Positions 1 through 13,349 of a stretch of DNA of 64,000 bases are shown here, piece by piece (within the stretch, counting starts at the first letter, position 1; the number at the start of each line of letters is the position of its first letter). The notes under the pieces are model-generated. The model was given only the letters and a program-made list of their open reading frames with translations. It was not told the origin of the DNA and made no database searches. The stretch comes from Octopus sinensis (taxonomy: Eukaryota): contig NC_043019.1 in NCBI RefSeq assembly GCF_006345805.1, positions 3,658,001-3,722,000 on the forward strand, written 5' to 3'. The position numbers and the translations under genes were made by a program.

Positions 1-5
1 ATATG

Positions 6-47
<42 letters not shown>

Positions 48-170
48 TGTGTGTGTATATTCATATAAAATTTACGCATACATTCACTTTCATATCTTTC
101 TTCCTGAGATACTTATAAGTCTTAACTCAGATGTAGAGTAGTGATGGATGTGTGTGTGAGTGTATATATG

Positions 171-234
<64 letters not shown>

Positions 235-239
235 ATATA

Positions 240-746
240 TATTATATAATGTAGTAGTTTAGCAGAGCTCTACTCAATTTCTTCCCCTTGGTTCGTTTAG
301 TCGTCCATTTTTAAACGTAACATTAGTTATCGTATTTTCACACCCTCGTGCATTGTGGTGTCTGCTGGAGTTGTCTATGCGTATCTCTAGTATATATATA
401 TATCTATGTACTGTATGTGTGTGTATGATAGATCATGTTCGTAGCCTCGGTATATAATGTATATAATTGCTATCAGCTCTATTTACCGTCTTTCATTGAC
501 ATTCGGATGACCACAGCTACTACAGTTATTACTTACTAATGGTGGGCACGTGGGGTTTCACCATGTATGTGTATTAACTACAGCGATCACTGTGTGCGTG
601 CGTGTGTATATATATATATATGTATGTATATATATATATACGCACACACACATGGCGGAGGTAAAGAATACGTACACGGACCCTTTTCGGCGTAACGAAA
701 ACCTCTTACCCTAAAAACACAGTGTGTACGTATTATTTACTTTCGC

Positions 747-793
<47 letters not shown>

Positions 794-845
794 TTTGGTA
801 AGGCAAACAGGAAAATAGAACTCAAAGCGTGTATATGTATGTATA

Positions 846-876
<31 letters not shown>

Positions 877-1162
877 CATAATCGGTAGATGCTAGTGGCT
901 TAAGAACGGGAGTTTCGTCTGTTGGCCTTGTCAATTACACGAAATTTTCGGCTCTTGTTACACTGTAATTTCTGCCTATTATGAAAGTGTTGTGTCTGCT
1001 TATTATGTAAAGATACTTAGGAAAAACAAAAAGAAAAAACCCCAAAAAAGCAGTTTAACATAAAAACCGGAAGATATTTTAACTTTTTACAAAGGAAAAA
1101 AAGGTTGTTACAGTGACTTCGAAGGTTTTGGCTTGCTTTGCCTTTATCAGCACACTGTGTGA

Positions 1163-1197
<35 letters not shown>

Positions 1198-1673
1198 GTA
1201 TGTTATCCTAGTTAATTTTTTTGCTAGCCATTTATTATTTTGACCATCAGTACCACTACAACAGGCATTTAATGGTGTTAATATAGTATAATATACTAAG
1301 TTTAACGGTAATACTAACCACGCTCTCAAACAAAAGGTTACACACACACACGCGCGCGCACACTACTACATGCTGCCGACTCATACTTGTCTCCCCTTCC
1401 CGCCCTCTTTCTCGTATCTGTCTTCCCGTTTACCTCCCTCTCGCTGTCACTACTGCTACCACCACGTTGCTGTCTAGTGAACTCCCCTTCACTCACTCGC
1501 TTACTTACTCTCGGCACCAGAAAGTCTTTCGTTGTGTTGTAGCCTTGATTTTTTTATATAATTTTTTTTTTTATTTTCCCCGTTTAGTTGTCCGATAAAA
1601 AAGCCCCCCAAAATATATAATTCGGAAACCTCCACGATTGTGACTCGAAACCGGAGTGTCTGAGATTATATAT

Positions 1674-1721
<48 letters not shown>

Positions 1722-2226
1722 GTGTGGTCGACTTCAGATTGAGGGTGACGGGTAGTAGGATGTTTGTCGGTCGAGTGTGGTGCGCGCGGTTTAATTTAGG
1801 TGGCGGGGTGGACTACAGAACGTGAGAAAAATTAATTTAACACTATTAGTACGTGTATATATATATATATATATATATATACACAAAAATGTATATACAC
1901 ACTCGCACGCACATGCAGCAAACCATGTATGTTAAAAGTATCTAGTTTATTCGCTCCGTGCTCCTAGGTCTTCTAATATATACACATTACCGTTAAAGCA
2001 CAACTATATATATATATTTATATAAAAAATAGGTTTCTCAGTATTTTGTGATTAAGTTAACGATCGATTTTTAAGACCTGGGAATGAATAATCAACCTGG
2101 TTTTTTTTTTTTTAGTCATTCAGTTATTCGTCATACAAATAAATACACACGTACACAATAGTTATTGTTCAATTAACTAATCATTATAAAAACTTGATTA
2201 GTTACTTTCAATTACGTTCAGTCGTC

Positions 2227-2262
<36 letters not shown>

Positions 2263-2334
2263 AAAATAAATGCAGTGTCTATTTTTTCTTTTTTGAATAA
2301 TTCCACAGCAGTTACAACTCTGTGGTAACGAGGG

Positions 2335-2375
<41 letters not shown>

Positions 2376-2800
2376 GAGGGTATATATATAATATATATAT
2401 ATATATAGTGATAGAAAGCTTTGGAGCACATGGAACAAGGTTTCAAGCTCGAGGTGAAAACGGCCTTTTTGCCCCTCCCCCCCACATCCATCGAGATTGT
2501 ATTTTCTTTTTTTTTCTTTTATAATGGGTCTCTCTTACTAATTTTTACCTTAGCGCCATTTTAATTGCATCGATTTTACGGTGTCTGTCCTTGTTTCTCT
2601 GTGTGTATGTGTCTCTGTGTCTGTCTGACCCTCTTAGCAACTCGTCTATAAACGTTGATAGGTTTTTCAAAATGTAGTAAATCGATACGATTAGAGTGTA
2701 TGATGTATATTGAAGCATGTCTGTTAATTTCGTCTGGAGGTGCCGACGAGGTGTTGTAAATGAAATTGTCACGTAAAAAGAAAAGCAAATTATAGATACG
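240..2800 (+). promoter_or_regulatory. CpG-retaining promoter / first-exon-like region, probably a pum promoter (possibly an internal, alternative one)
   Basis: Visibly more CG dinucleotides than the rest of the window, GC boxes (CCCGCCC near 1399, GGCGGGG near 1802), a pyrimidine-rich tract at 1385-1510 and few interspersed repeats. The TSS was not located. Confidence 0.45.
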
Positions 2801-3455
2801 AGGAAATTTTTTTCATGTTAACATTGTCAAACAATCAGCAAGATTTTTCTATTATGTAATAAAAACCAATTTTTAAAAAAATTATTTTGGGGGATTTTTT
2901 GCTCCGAAACAAATTTCAAAATAAAAAATAAATTGTTCCCTTTGCGTATGCAAAAGTGGGCAGTGAAGGTATAATTTTAAGAAATGTCACGGTAGGAATG
3001 TCTTTAAAAAGAAGAGGCATTAAAGATTTAAGGAAAACAATGTTTTTTTTTTTCTGGTGTTCAAAAACATCGTTATGGAAAAAGCAACTAAACCCTTGTT
3101 TGTAACAAAATTTTAAAATAATTGAGCAAATAAAATTGGTAAATTTACTAAAGGGAATCGTAATCTTTAAAACCAGGAGACTTTAATATCCTCGGAACTG
3201 TTTTTGTGTGCGCAAAAGGAAAACAGACTTAGAATAGGTTGCTCCTTTTTTTTTTTTTTTTTTTTTTTTTAATTTTGTTTCAGAGCTTGAATTCCAGGCT
3301 ATCGCTCCTTAAATTATGCACAAACAGGAATTGGTGCCACAACACTACAATATCTCCTGTTGTCTATATTTCCGAGCTTACATTCTTTTGAACGTCAGTA
3401 GTATTGTGTGCATGTATATATATTATATATATGGCTGGCTATTTCTACTGGTGTG

Positions 3456-3496
<41 letters not shown>

Positions 3497-3708
3497 CTGT
3501 CAACTGATGTTGGTGTGTTTACATCCCCGTAACCTAGCGGTTCTGCAAAATGGCCGATAAAATGAGAATAAGTCCTGGGGTAGATTTCTATGACTAAAAC
3601 CCTTCAAAGCAGTGCTCCAGCATGGCCACAGTTAAATGACTGAAACAAGTAAAAGAATATTAACTCTTACTATGCTTAATATTACTTGTAAAACCGAGTA
3701 TGCTTTAA

Positions 3709-4096
3709 CCCTTTCGTTACCAACCCGGCTGAAACCGGCTCTTGCTCTGAGTACAAATGTCTTGTTTTTATAAGTTCTGAATTAAAATCTTCCACCAAAC
3801 CTTAGTCACAATTTATGTCCCTAACACCAGCCCAAATGATAACTAAGTTATTTTACTAAATTCTTTGTTATATTTAACCCTTTTGTTACCAACCCAGCTG
3901 AAACCGGCTCTGGCTCTGTAGTAATAAATGTCTTGTTTTCATAAGTTTTGTATTAAAATCTTCCAAACCTTAGTCACAATTTATGTCCCTAACACCAGCT
4001 GAATGATAACTAAGTTATTTTACTAAATTCTTTGTTATATCTAAAGTAATTCATAGTAACACAGGGCATCTCAAAATAAATGCGGTAACGAATGGG
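3709..4096 (-). mobile_element. piggyBac-type MITE family 1 with a duplicated right half
   Basis: CCCTTTCGTTAC-type termini, flanking TTAA, internal second terminus at 3878. Confidence 0.85.
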
Positions 4097-4483
4097 TTAA
4101 GCATATTCCATGCAACATTCACGTAGTATCTTTTGTAAATTAACATTATATAAAAAACACAAACTCTATTCATTGTAGTCCTACTTAATATCTTACAGTG
4201 TGTATACTGTAATCTACCCAGTATGTCTTTTAAATTAACTCCACCTTGAATGGTTTCAGTATTCCTGATTTAAGATAATGTCTGCTCTTCCATTCTTGTA
4301 TGAATCGGAGGGAATTTTCTTTGGTGTTATGCCCTTCCTGTTACCATTCTTTACCTGTTTCCAAGCAAGGTAATATTTTCTCCCATAGCCAGAAAAGTTT
4401 CTCAGAAGATGGGAAGCCTTTGAATGGTCTTCATATACAGCCATCACATAGTGTCAATGATGAGCGCACTCACAAACACACAG

Positions 4484-4515
<32 letters not shown>

Positions 4516-4551
4516 GTACACAAAATACACATATATAAACAAACACACATA

Positions 4552-4786
4552 TACCTATTTCTTTATTAGCCAAAGGGGCTAAACATAGAGGGGACAAACA
4601 AGGACAGACATAGGTATTAAGTCGATTACATCGACCCCAGTGCGTAACTGGTACTTAATTTATCGACCCCGAAAGGATGAAAGGCAAAGTCGACCTCGGC
4701 AGAATTTGAACTCACAACGTAATGGCAGACGAAATACCGCTAAGCATTTCGCCCGGTGCGCTAACGTTTCTGCCAGCTCGCCGCCT
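4552..4786 (-). mobile_element. tRNA-derived SINE family B monomer
   Basis: Head AGGCGGCGAGCTGGCAG..GAGTTCAAATTC, core GCCTTTCATCCTTTCGGGGTCGATAAA, tail AAAGAAATAGGTA. Confidence 0.85.
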
Positions 4787-5083
4787 ATATACCTATATAC
4801 ACCTATATACACACACATACAGTTCACAACCTTATAATAATAATAATAATCATCATCATCTCTGAAAAATAATGAAATATTAGTTGATTTAATCCTGTCC
4901 AGTACTTTAGTTGGGTACTTATTTTGTTGGTCTCTTTTGCCGATAGAAACTGGTTGTCTTACAGTTAGCTCTCTCTCTTCCAAATTTACTCACAGGGCTT
5001 GAATCATTCAGGGGCAAGTGTTAGAGGATGCTTGTTGAAGTACTGAACCTGAAATCACATTGTTACAAAACCAGCTTCTTTAA

Positions 5084-5688
5084 CTCTTTAGCATTCAGAT
5101 TCTGTTAGATGTAATGTCCGTTTATTGTGATTGTTTTGAATTAATCGTGCATTATTTTGTGACTTTGAGATTTCAGTGATGTGCTTATTTCCAGAATGAC
5201 ATTGTAGGGTAGATGTGAGTGGCCAGATCTAGCCAATTTGAACATAAAACAGAATATTTTGGCTGGCCAGTGCCGCCTTGACTGGCTTCCGTGCTTGTGG
5301 CATGTAAAAAGCACCAACCGATCGTGGCTGTTGCCAGCCTCCCCTGGCACCTGTGCCGGTGGCATGTAAAAAGCACCATCTGTATGCGGCCAGTGCTAGC
5401 GCCGCCTTGACTGGCTTCCGTGCCAGTGGCATGTAAAAGCACCAACCAATTGTGGCTTTTGCCAGCCCTCCTTGGCACCTGTGCCGGTGGCACGTTAAAA
5501 GCACCCACTACACTTATGGAGTGGTTGGTGTTAGGAAGGGCATCCAGGTGTAGAAACTGCCAGATCAGACTGGAGCCTGGTGCATCCTTCTGGCTTCCCA
5601 GGCCCTGGTTGAACCGTCCAACCCATGCTAGCATGGAAAACGGACGTTAAACGATGATGATGATATGGCCAGTTTAAATGCCGAAAGG
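5084..5688. mobile_element. TTAA MITE family 2 (CCCTTTAG-type termini) interrupted by a family-C SINE
   Basis: TTAA-ctctttagcattcag ... tttaaatgccgaaagg-TTAA. Confidence 0.7.
5270..5664 (+). mobile_element. SINE-like retroposon family C (internal repeats with a GTGCCGGTGGCAC hairpin, (GAT)n tail)
   Basis: Tail ..CCATGCTAGCATGGAAA.CGGACGTTAAACGATGATGAT. Confidence 0.8.
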
Positions 5689-5774
5689 TTAATTACACAG
5701 CCATGCCTACACCTATCTGTGTTAGACTATTTTATTAGGATTTCGTTTTTTCTATTGTTTCCCCATTACCTGTT

Positions 5775-6005
5775 GTATAGCCTCGTGTCATTCCTGATAG
5801 AGCAAACCTGCATGCTGTGTAGTATCATGTCCTGCTATTTGAGCAGACCTCTAGCACAACACCCGCTGTGTGTTTTGTAGCCTCATGTTATACCTGATTG
5901 TGCAAATCTCTAGCAGGATACCCTCTGCATTTTGTGTAGCCTCATGTCATGCCTGATTGAGTAGACCTCTAGCACAACACCCACTGCATGTTGTGTAAGT
6001 CTCTG
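5775..6005. repeat. degenerate tandem repeat of about 59 bp, 3-4 units
   Basis: Recurring TAGCCTCATG and CTCTAGCA motifs. Confidence 0.65.
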
Positions 6006-6918
6006 GCCAGCTCCAATTGAACAGCCTTCTATCACACAAGTAATTGCCTGTACTTATGACTGGGCATGACTCCCACTGCATGTAATAGAGCCTGGCTGCT
6101 CTTCTGATGACTGTCACTCAAATTTTAAAATTAGTCAGTTTGTTAGTGAAACAGTTTCTAACTACCAATTTGGAACAATTAAACAAACATGAAGCAGTAG
6201 CCTCTTGTAGTATCCAGTGTTGGTAGGTGGGTGACTAGTGGTTTATGTTTAAAGATTATGATTTTGACTCATTTTCTTAAAGCTTATTCATTGTGAATAT
6301 TCTGCAATTTGTTAGACCTAGGTTTTTTTTTGTCCTAATTTTTAATAGGTTTGAATTAAATACTGCAATCATTGCATGTGTTGCCAGCAGCTGTAGTTTT
6401 CCCTTGAGTTTATATTATTGATAAGTTATGCATTAGTAGCAGTTGGTGTAGCTATTATTATGCATGGGATATATAATCTATGCCTGTCTGTGTAAGGTGA
6501 ATAATGGACAAGTCCAATATTGGATTGATTCACGAATGTTTAAATATTGATTTCTTTTTAAAATTATTGTAATATAGGTGGGATATAAACCAGGAAAATT
6601 ACTGCAGATGTTTAGCCTTAGACTATATAGGTTTGGCTGTGTGGTAACAAGCTTGCTACCCAATCACATGGTCCTGGGTTCAGTCCCACTGTGTGGAACC
6701 TTGGTCAAGCGTCTTGTACATCCTTGGGCCAACTAAAGCCTTGTAAGGGGATTTGTTAGACAAAAACTGAAAGAAGCTCGCCGTGTGTGTGTATGTATGT
6801 ATGTATATATATACCGGAGTAAACACATAAATGTGAAACAAGGTGGAAAAAAAGAGTACTCAAATACCAGTGGTAGAGTAATATGCTTTATTTAAAGCAG
6901 CAGAAAATTCAACAAAAC

Positions 6919-6956
6919 CTGTTACTCTGAGTTTCCCGTTGCCTTTCATCGGACAG
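6919..6956 (-). ncRNA. degenerate minimal hammerhead-like fold, core variant CCGAUGA
   Basis: Minus strand reads CTGT CCGATGA AAG GCAA CGG GAA ACTC A GAGT A ACAG: stems I and III pair, stem II is mostly mismatched. Confidence 0.4.
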
Positions 6957-6967
6957 TTTTTGCACCT

Positions 6968-7002
<35 letters not shown>

Positions 7003-7734
7003 ATTTTAACTCTGAAAAGACTAAAGGTAAAGTTGATATTGATGGGATTTCAACACTGCAGAGGTAGTCTGCCCAGTTCCCTCACTGTTATTTGAGCTTA
7101 TTTAAAACTGTCCTATTTATTATTATAGGTTAGTAATGTAAGAAGAGTTGAGCTAGCATGTAAAGTATAGTCGTACTCTGCGGCTGCTGTTAAGTTAGAT
7201 TTAATTTTTATGAAGTCAACTTGTAATTTGTGCCAAGAAAGTGTTGTTTATAACATGCAGCTATACTGCGGTACCATCATTATGGTTCATTCATCATCAT
7301 CATCATTTAATGTTTATTTTCTATGCTGGCATCAGTTTATTTGACAGGGGCTGGCCAGTTGAGCAGCTGCATCAGGCTCAAACTGTCTGTTTTGGCGTGA
7401 TTTTTATGGCTGGATACCCTAACTAATGTCAACCTCTTTTATAAAGTGTACTGGGTGCTTTTTACGTGGTACCAGCATGAGAGGTGCAGGCATGGCTGTG
7501 TGGTTAGGAAGCTTGCGTCTCAACCACGTGGTTTTGGGTTCAGTTGGGCTGACCGAAGCCTTATGATTGAATTTGGTAGGTGGAAGTTCCTGTCTTGTGT
7601 ACATAATTGTGTGGAAGTGCTTCTGCCTCTCAACCATTTAGCATTTAAACCAGCTACATCTGGCCAAAATATTCCACCTGTTTTAGATTCAAACTGGCCA
7701 GATCTAGCCCCTCACGCACCTTCTACATCATAAA

Positions 7735-8200
7735 AAATAAATAAAATAATGAAATTATTGTATACAGTGCTCAGGTGCACCACAACTTGTCAAAAGTGCG
7801 TATAAAGTATATGCAGTAATGTACAAATGTCTGGGAAGGGAACAGTGTATGAGTCACGTACATGCTTGCGTGTGTATGGAGGGGAGAAAATCAGGTGTAG
7901 TGTTGGCGAATCTCAGGAAGCATGGAAGTTTTTGAAGGATGCAGTGCTCTAACAACTGATGCTGGCAGTTTGTTCCATGCTTCAGCAACTCTTAGCGTGA
8001 AAAAATGTTTCCGAAAGTCATGGGAGCTGTGCTGTTTTCTGACTTTGTAAACATGTCCACGGGTGTTAGACAGATGGAGTTTGAAAAGGTGCTCAGAATT
8101 ATTGTTTGTAAGATGGTTAATAATTTTATGGGTGTCTGCCAAATCAGCTGCCAGACGTTGGAGTTTCAATATATCCATGCCCAGGGAAGTAAGGCCTTCA
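7735..8200 (-). mobile_element. CR1-type LINE 3' fragment
   Basis: LKLQRLAADL..HKIINHL..TRGHVYKV..FFTLRVAEAWNKLP, the typical CR1/L2 ORF2 C-terminus. Confidence 0.85.
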
Positions 8201-8718
8201 GAATATCATTCTAATAATAAAACTACATAAAAAAAATCTCAAAGTTACTCAAGATAATGCATGATTAATTCAAACCAGTATGAATAAACATCACTTTTGC
8301 AGAGTAAATCTGAATGTTAAAGGGTTAACAGATAGTACAATACATATCACTCTTATTTGACTATTAAGTACTTTGTTGTTAGGGAATAGCTGTAATAATG
8401 AAAATTTGAAGAATGGATAAACTTGACAATTATCCTCTTCAAAATTAAATAAATTTTGTGCTTGTATAGTGTTATCAACCCATTTCATATTTTCTTAACC
8501 ATTTTGATCATAACTGGAATGCCTTTGACCACAGTCTTACTGGATCAGGGTTGATGTGGAGTTACAGGTTATGTGCCTGTGTGTGTATGTGATCCTGATC
8601 AACTAACCAGCTTTGTGATCATTCATGTTCTAGTCCCCCCAGTTTTTTCTTTTGAACATTTGTGGAATTTGAGGTAGATTTTGGTACTATATCTACTAAG
8701 TCAGATGATATTGTAGAG

Positions 8719-9279
8719 CAGTGTTTCTCAACCATTTTTACCTACGGATCCCTTTTATTCCTATTCTACTCAGATGACTTGAGACAGCATTCACCCAGGG
8801 TGGGTTGAGCTGGCTTCATTCATCCTCAATGCTGCATCTCTCACAAACGCCGACCAGGCCTGGCAACTTGAGGCTAACCGCGTGATCTCCAACCACTCCT
8901 TATTCCAGCGGCAAATGCTGTAGATATGGGGGCTTTGGTTGGGTTCGAGATAAGCCTTGACTGTCATCAGCCAGGTTTTTCGTTGTCCACCACATCACTT
9001 TCGCCAACCCTGAAGGGGAGCTGGGGCAATTGCTTCGTAGATGAATTCTCCTGGTCAACGACGGAGGGCATGACCCAGCCAACGCAGTCGTCTCGTTCAA
9101 ATATTCCTCCTCTACTCAGACGGGCCCTCCTAGCCATTCAATGTTTAAAAAAGTCATATACTTCTATAATTAAACATTAGGAATGTATAAAAAAAATTTA
9201 AACTTTTTTTATTGTAAATGTATTAACCAATTGCAGATAAATTTTAAGATCTTATGTGGACCCCAGTAGAGAATCACTG
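8719..9279. mobile_element. hAT-type MITE containing an RTE LINE fragment
   Basis: CAGTGTTTCTC / GAGAATCACTG termini; 8-bp TSD ttgtagag / atgtagag. Confidence 0.8.
8777..9110 (-). mobile_element. 5'-truncated RTE-clade LINE, 3' end
   Basis: Minus frame reads RRLRWLGHALRR*..GW..GGQRKTW..RWNKEWL..WSAFVRDA..PG*; flanked by the direct repeat tctactcaga (8765-74, 9111-20). Confidence 0.85.
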
Positions 9280-9641
9280 ATGTAGAGGATCACTCATTTG
9301 TGTGTGTGTGTGTGTGTGTAGCTGTATGTCTACTTGTGGCTTGGGCATTTGACCACATGATTGTGAGTTCGATTCTTGGCAATGCATTGTGTTTTTGAAC
9401 AAGACGCTTTATTTCACATTGTTCCAGTCCACTCAGCTGGAAAAAATGAGTATTTGTAATACAAAGGGCCAGCCTTGTCACATACTGTGTCCCCTGCTGA
9501 ATCCCTATGGGAACTACATTAAGGGCATGAGTGTCTATGGAGTGCTTAGCCTTGTGCACATTAATTTTACAAGCAGGCTGTTCTGTTGATTGTAGCAACT
9601 GGAACCCTCATCGTCGTAACAGAGTGCCCTTTTATTCTATA

Positions 9642-10008
9642 CTAGCACTACGACCCAGCAACGCCGGGTCATAGTGCTAGTGCATGCATATACAGCTGCG
9701 TGCGTGGGCACATACACGCGAGTACTGTCCAAATCTCTAACCAATCACGTACAGCTAGCTGGCATTCAATTGGCGTATCAAGTTTCGGGCATTTTGATTG
9801 GGTTTTGGATAGAAAATTCACAAAAAAAGTCACTTCTATTGATTTTTTTTTAAATGGCTTTGCGGAGTGACTGGGGAAATGTAAAGATGTGCACGACCAC
9901 CTTTGGACGGTTTTGAATGTGCGAGACCTCTAACTGAAAAATTGTGGATTTGTATAAAGGACACACACACACAGACAGACATTTTGCTGTTTATGTATAA
10001 TAGAGAGA
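9642..10008 (-). mobile_element. non-autonomous Helitron family B (palindromic 3' end)
   Basis: Terminal CTAG-bounded palindrome at 9642-9680; TC at the other end; A|T target. Confidence 0.8.
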
Positions 10009-10944
10009 TATCACAATGGCTAGTACTGTGCTTCACTCCATCTCATCATTCACCTCATCATCACCTGTGCTCTTGCTGTAACAGCAGATTGTGCAGAGCC
10101 TTACCTGCATTCAATCTTCTTACTATCACCCACCATCCTCATTATTTGCCAAGTCTGTGTACAAGATTATATAGGACCATTCTCATCATTAAGTTTATGA
10201 GACTGCACCAGACTGTTTCTACCTAACATACTCTAACTTTACCCTTTCTATACTGTGCTCCTCCAGTTTCCCCACTCACCTATCATTTACTCTTACCTTT
10301 GTCATCTCTGCTATTGCCTGTGTATATCTACATATGCACACACGACTAGCTTCCGTGCAGTTTCTGTCTTCCAATTTCACTCGCAAGGCATTAGTCAGAC
10401 ATTTTCTCGCAGTGCTGCACAATGAGACTGGACCTAAAACCATGCAATTGTGAAGTGAACTTCTTAACGACATAGCCATGCTTGTACCTAAATGAGTATA
10501 TGTATACAGGTGTTTATATCTGTGTAGTTGTAAATGTTTTCTTGTCCCAGTAATTACATAACTATTTCAGACCACATTGCAGTTTTCTTTGAACTTTCTG
10601 ATTTTTATTATTCACCTGCAAACAACAAAATTATTTCAATGATTCACTCGTACAAATGCAGCTGTTTATATTTTTGTTTCCTTTACAATTTGCATTTGTC
10701 TTGGGAGTATTTGTTATTGCCGTTCTTCTTCTTCTTCATAGAAGAAAATCTTAAAATTAACATTTCTCATTATCTTGGATTTCAAATTTTAATTTATATT
10801 TCTGTTGGGATTTGTACCTCTGCACGGCTCCTTGGATAAATGTCTTCTACTGCAGTTCCGGTTGGTGGAAATTACATTGTGTGTTTGTGTTGTCTCCCAC
10901 TATTGCTTAATATTGGGAATGGTTTGTTCAACAAAACCCTTTAA

Positions 10945-11542
10945 CCCCTTTTGTTACTGTATTTATTTTGAGATGCTCTGTGTTTCTTTCAAATAATTTT
11001 AAATATAACAAAGAATTTAGTAAAATAACTTTCTTATCATTAACCCTTTCATTACTGTATTTATTTTGAGATGCTCTGTGTTTCTCTCAATTACTTTAAA
11101 TATAACAAAGAATTTAGTAAAATAACTTAGTTATCATTAAGCTAGTGTTAGGAACTTAAATTGTGACTAAGGTTTGGTGGAAGATTTTAATTCAAAACTT
11201 ATGAAAACAAGAGGTTTGTCCTCAGAGCCAAAGCTGGTTTCAGCTGGGTTGGTAACAAAAGGGTTAAGCTAGTGTTAGGAACAGTATTTGTGACTAAGGT
11301 TTGGTGGAAGATTTTAATTAAAAACTTATGAAAACAAGAAATTTGTACTACAGAGCCGGGTTGGTAACGAAAGGGTTAAATATAACAAAGGATTTAGTAA
11401 AATAACATAGTTATCATTAAGCTAGTGTTACAAACATAAATTGTGGCTAAGGTTTGGTGGAAGATTTTAATCCAAAACTTATGAAAACAGAGCATTTTAC
11501 TCAGAGCCAGAGCCGGTTTCAGCTGGGTTGGTAACGAAAGGG
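10945..11542 (+). mobile_element. MITE family 1 compound: copy 11044-11263 nested in another copy, plus a duplicated right half
   Basis: TTAA at 10941, 11040, 11264, 11376 and 11543; the host resumes exactly (tatcaTTAA..TTAAgctagtg). Confidence 0.85.
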
Positions 11543-12479
11543 TTAAGACGGTGCTCCTGCCAGGCTGCAGTTAAATGACGGACTGATGAAGCAAAAGGCA
11601 GAGAATATAGTCTCCTAAAATAATACCATCCCATTCTTACTTTTAAAGAACAATTTACTTGGATAAATATATAAATATTACTGCAATTAGCTTCATTTTC
11701 ACAAAGCCATCTCAATACTACACTTCAATGTCTGTCCTTGTCAGGCAATTATTTCTATCTGTTACTCTTAATTGACGTGAGAATATTTATATTTTCTCTA
11801 AATTATGACAGTTATTTCATTGTTGATGATTGAAACACATTTAACCTATGTAGTATATAAGTTGACTGCCACTTTATACCTTATATTTGTCTGTCTAAAG
11901 TTAGTTGTTCTTTCTAAATTTCTAGCTCAGTTATTAAATACCAGATAAAACAGAATGTAGGGCGACCACCAGTGGTGGCCTACCTTGGCGAGACTGGTAT
12001 TAATTTGGGAAAAAGCCCTGAAGTGGAGTTTCCAATGTTTTGGTCATTTCTTCGGAGTTGAGATAACAGGGGGAGTTTTACATTCTTTGTTTAACTGGAA
12101 TGTATATTTACTCAGTGTATTTTTTTTGACTTGCATTATCATGTAGCTTCAAGATTTCAGTGTGATTGTTTATTTTTAGGATGACATTGTAGGATAGGTG
12201 TGAGAAGCTGAATCTAGTCAGTTTGAATGTAGAACAATATTTTGGTCCGGATAGAGCTGGTTTAAATGCTAAAGGGTTAAGCAATTGGTTGTGACTGATA
12301 GGAACACAAAACCTGACTGGTTACATCAATGGCTCTCAACTGGACTCCATATGGCCCTTGGTGGGGTCCACATAAGATTTTATTGCTAAAATTTGTGCAA
12401 TAAACTGGTTATATTTCTACAATACACTAGAATAGTTTAACAATTTTTTAATATTATGAAAATATAGGATTTTTTTTAA

Positions 12480-12700
12480 CCCTTTAGTGTTCAGATTACT
12501 CTGTTAAATGTAATATTTTTTTACTCAAATTGTTTTTAATTAATCCTGCATTGTCTTATAGCTTTTGAGGTTTCAGTGATGTGATTGTTTATTTTTAGAA
12601 TGTCAATGTAGGTTAGGTGTGAGAGGCTAGATATCACCAGTTTGAATATAAAACATGTAGAATATTTGGGCCGGATATGGCCGGTTTAAACACTAAAGTG
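12480..12700. mobile_element. MITE family 2 inserted at a TTAA inside a hAT-type MITE
   Basis: TTAA at 12476 and 12701; the host reads through as ggattttttTTAAacattgaatg, as in the uninterrupted copy near 40125. Confidence 0.8.
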
Positions 12701-13349
12701 TTAAACATTGAATGGCCATGAGGGTCCATCTGAGCAAAATAAGAATCAAAGGGGGTCCGTAAATTTGGTCTATGTAGATAGGTAATAAATAGGAGAGGGG
12801 AAGTGATTAAAGAAGGAAAGAGAAATTGGTGAAGATGAGGTAAAAGAGCTAAAGGCTAAATCTAGGATTACTGGGGGGTGGCGGATGGAAAAGTAAAGGA
12901 AAATGTTTATCTAAACCCATAGCGCACAAAACTGTCTACTGCATATCTGCTAAATCTTATACTGCATTATCTACAAATTCTGTTGTGCCCTTTACGTAGG
13001 TGAAACAGGTCGTTGCCTCGCTGATTGCTTTCACCAGCACATAATACTGTACTGTGCTAGGCCAACCCGTTGCCACCCATTTTGACACAAGCCACCCCAT
13101 TATCCATTTATCAATGTCTGGCATTCTAGAATATCTGCACACTTCAATTTTTCCCACTCTACTTCACCCTTAACTTTTTCTTTCCTTCTCCCTCTACCAC
13201 TTAGTTCCTCTCTCCTCCTCCTACTACTACTACTTCCAGTATACATGTGCACCCTTATGTTTTGTGTTCCCTATCATTTGCAGCCGGTCACCCAACTATA
13301 AAACATGGCTGTCTTGTTCCTTCAGGGTTATCTCAACTCTGAAGAGGAA

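Noticed and set aside
3284-3312. Strong poly-T acceptor followed by ELEFQAIAP, resembling PUM DFQALAL
   Set aside because: The frame stops after 9 codons and no convincing donor was found; at most a UTR exon.
6103-6160. CTGATGA..GAAA hammerhead-like words (also 11583, 13343, 14034, 18853)
   Set aside because: No stem II closing pair and no stem I or III pairing.
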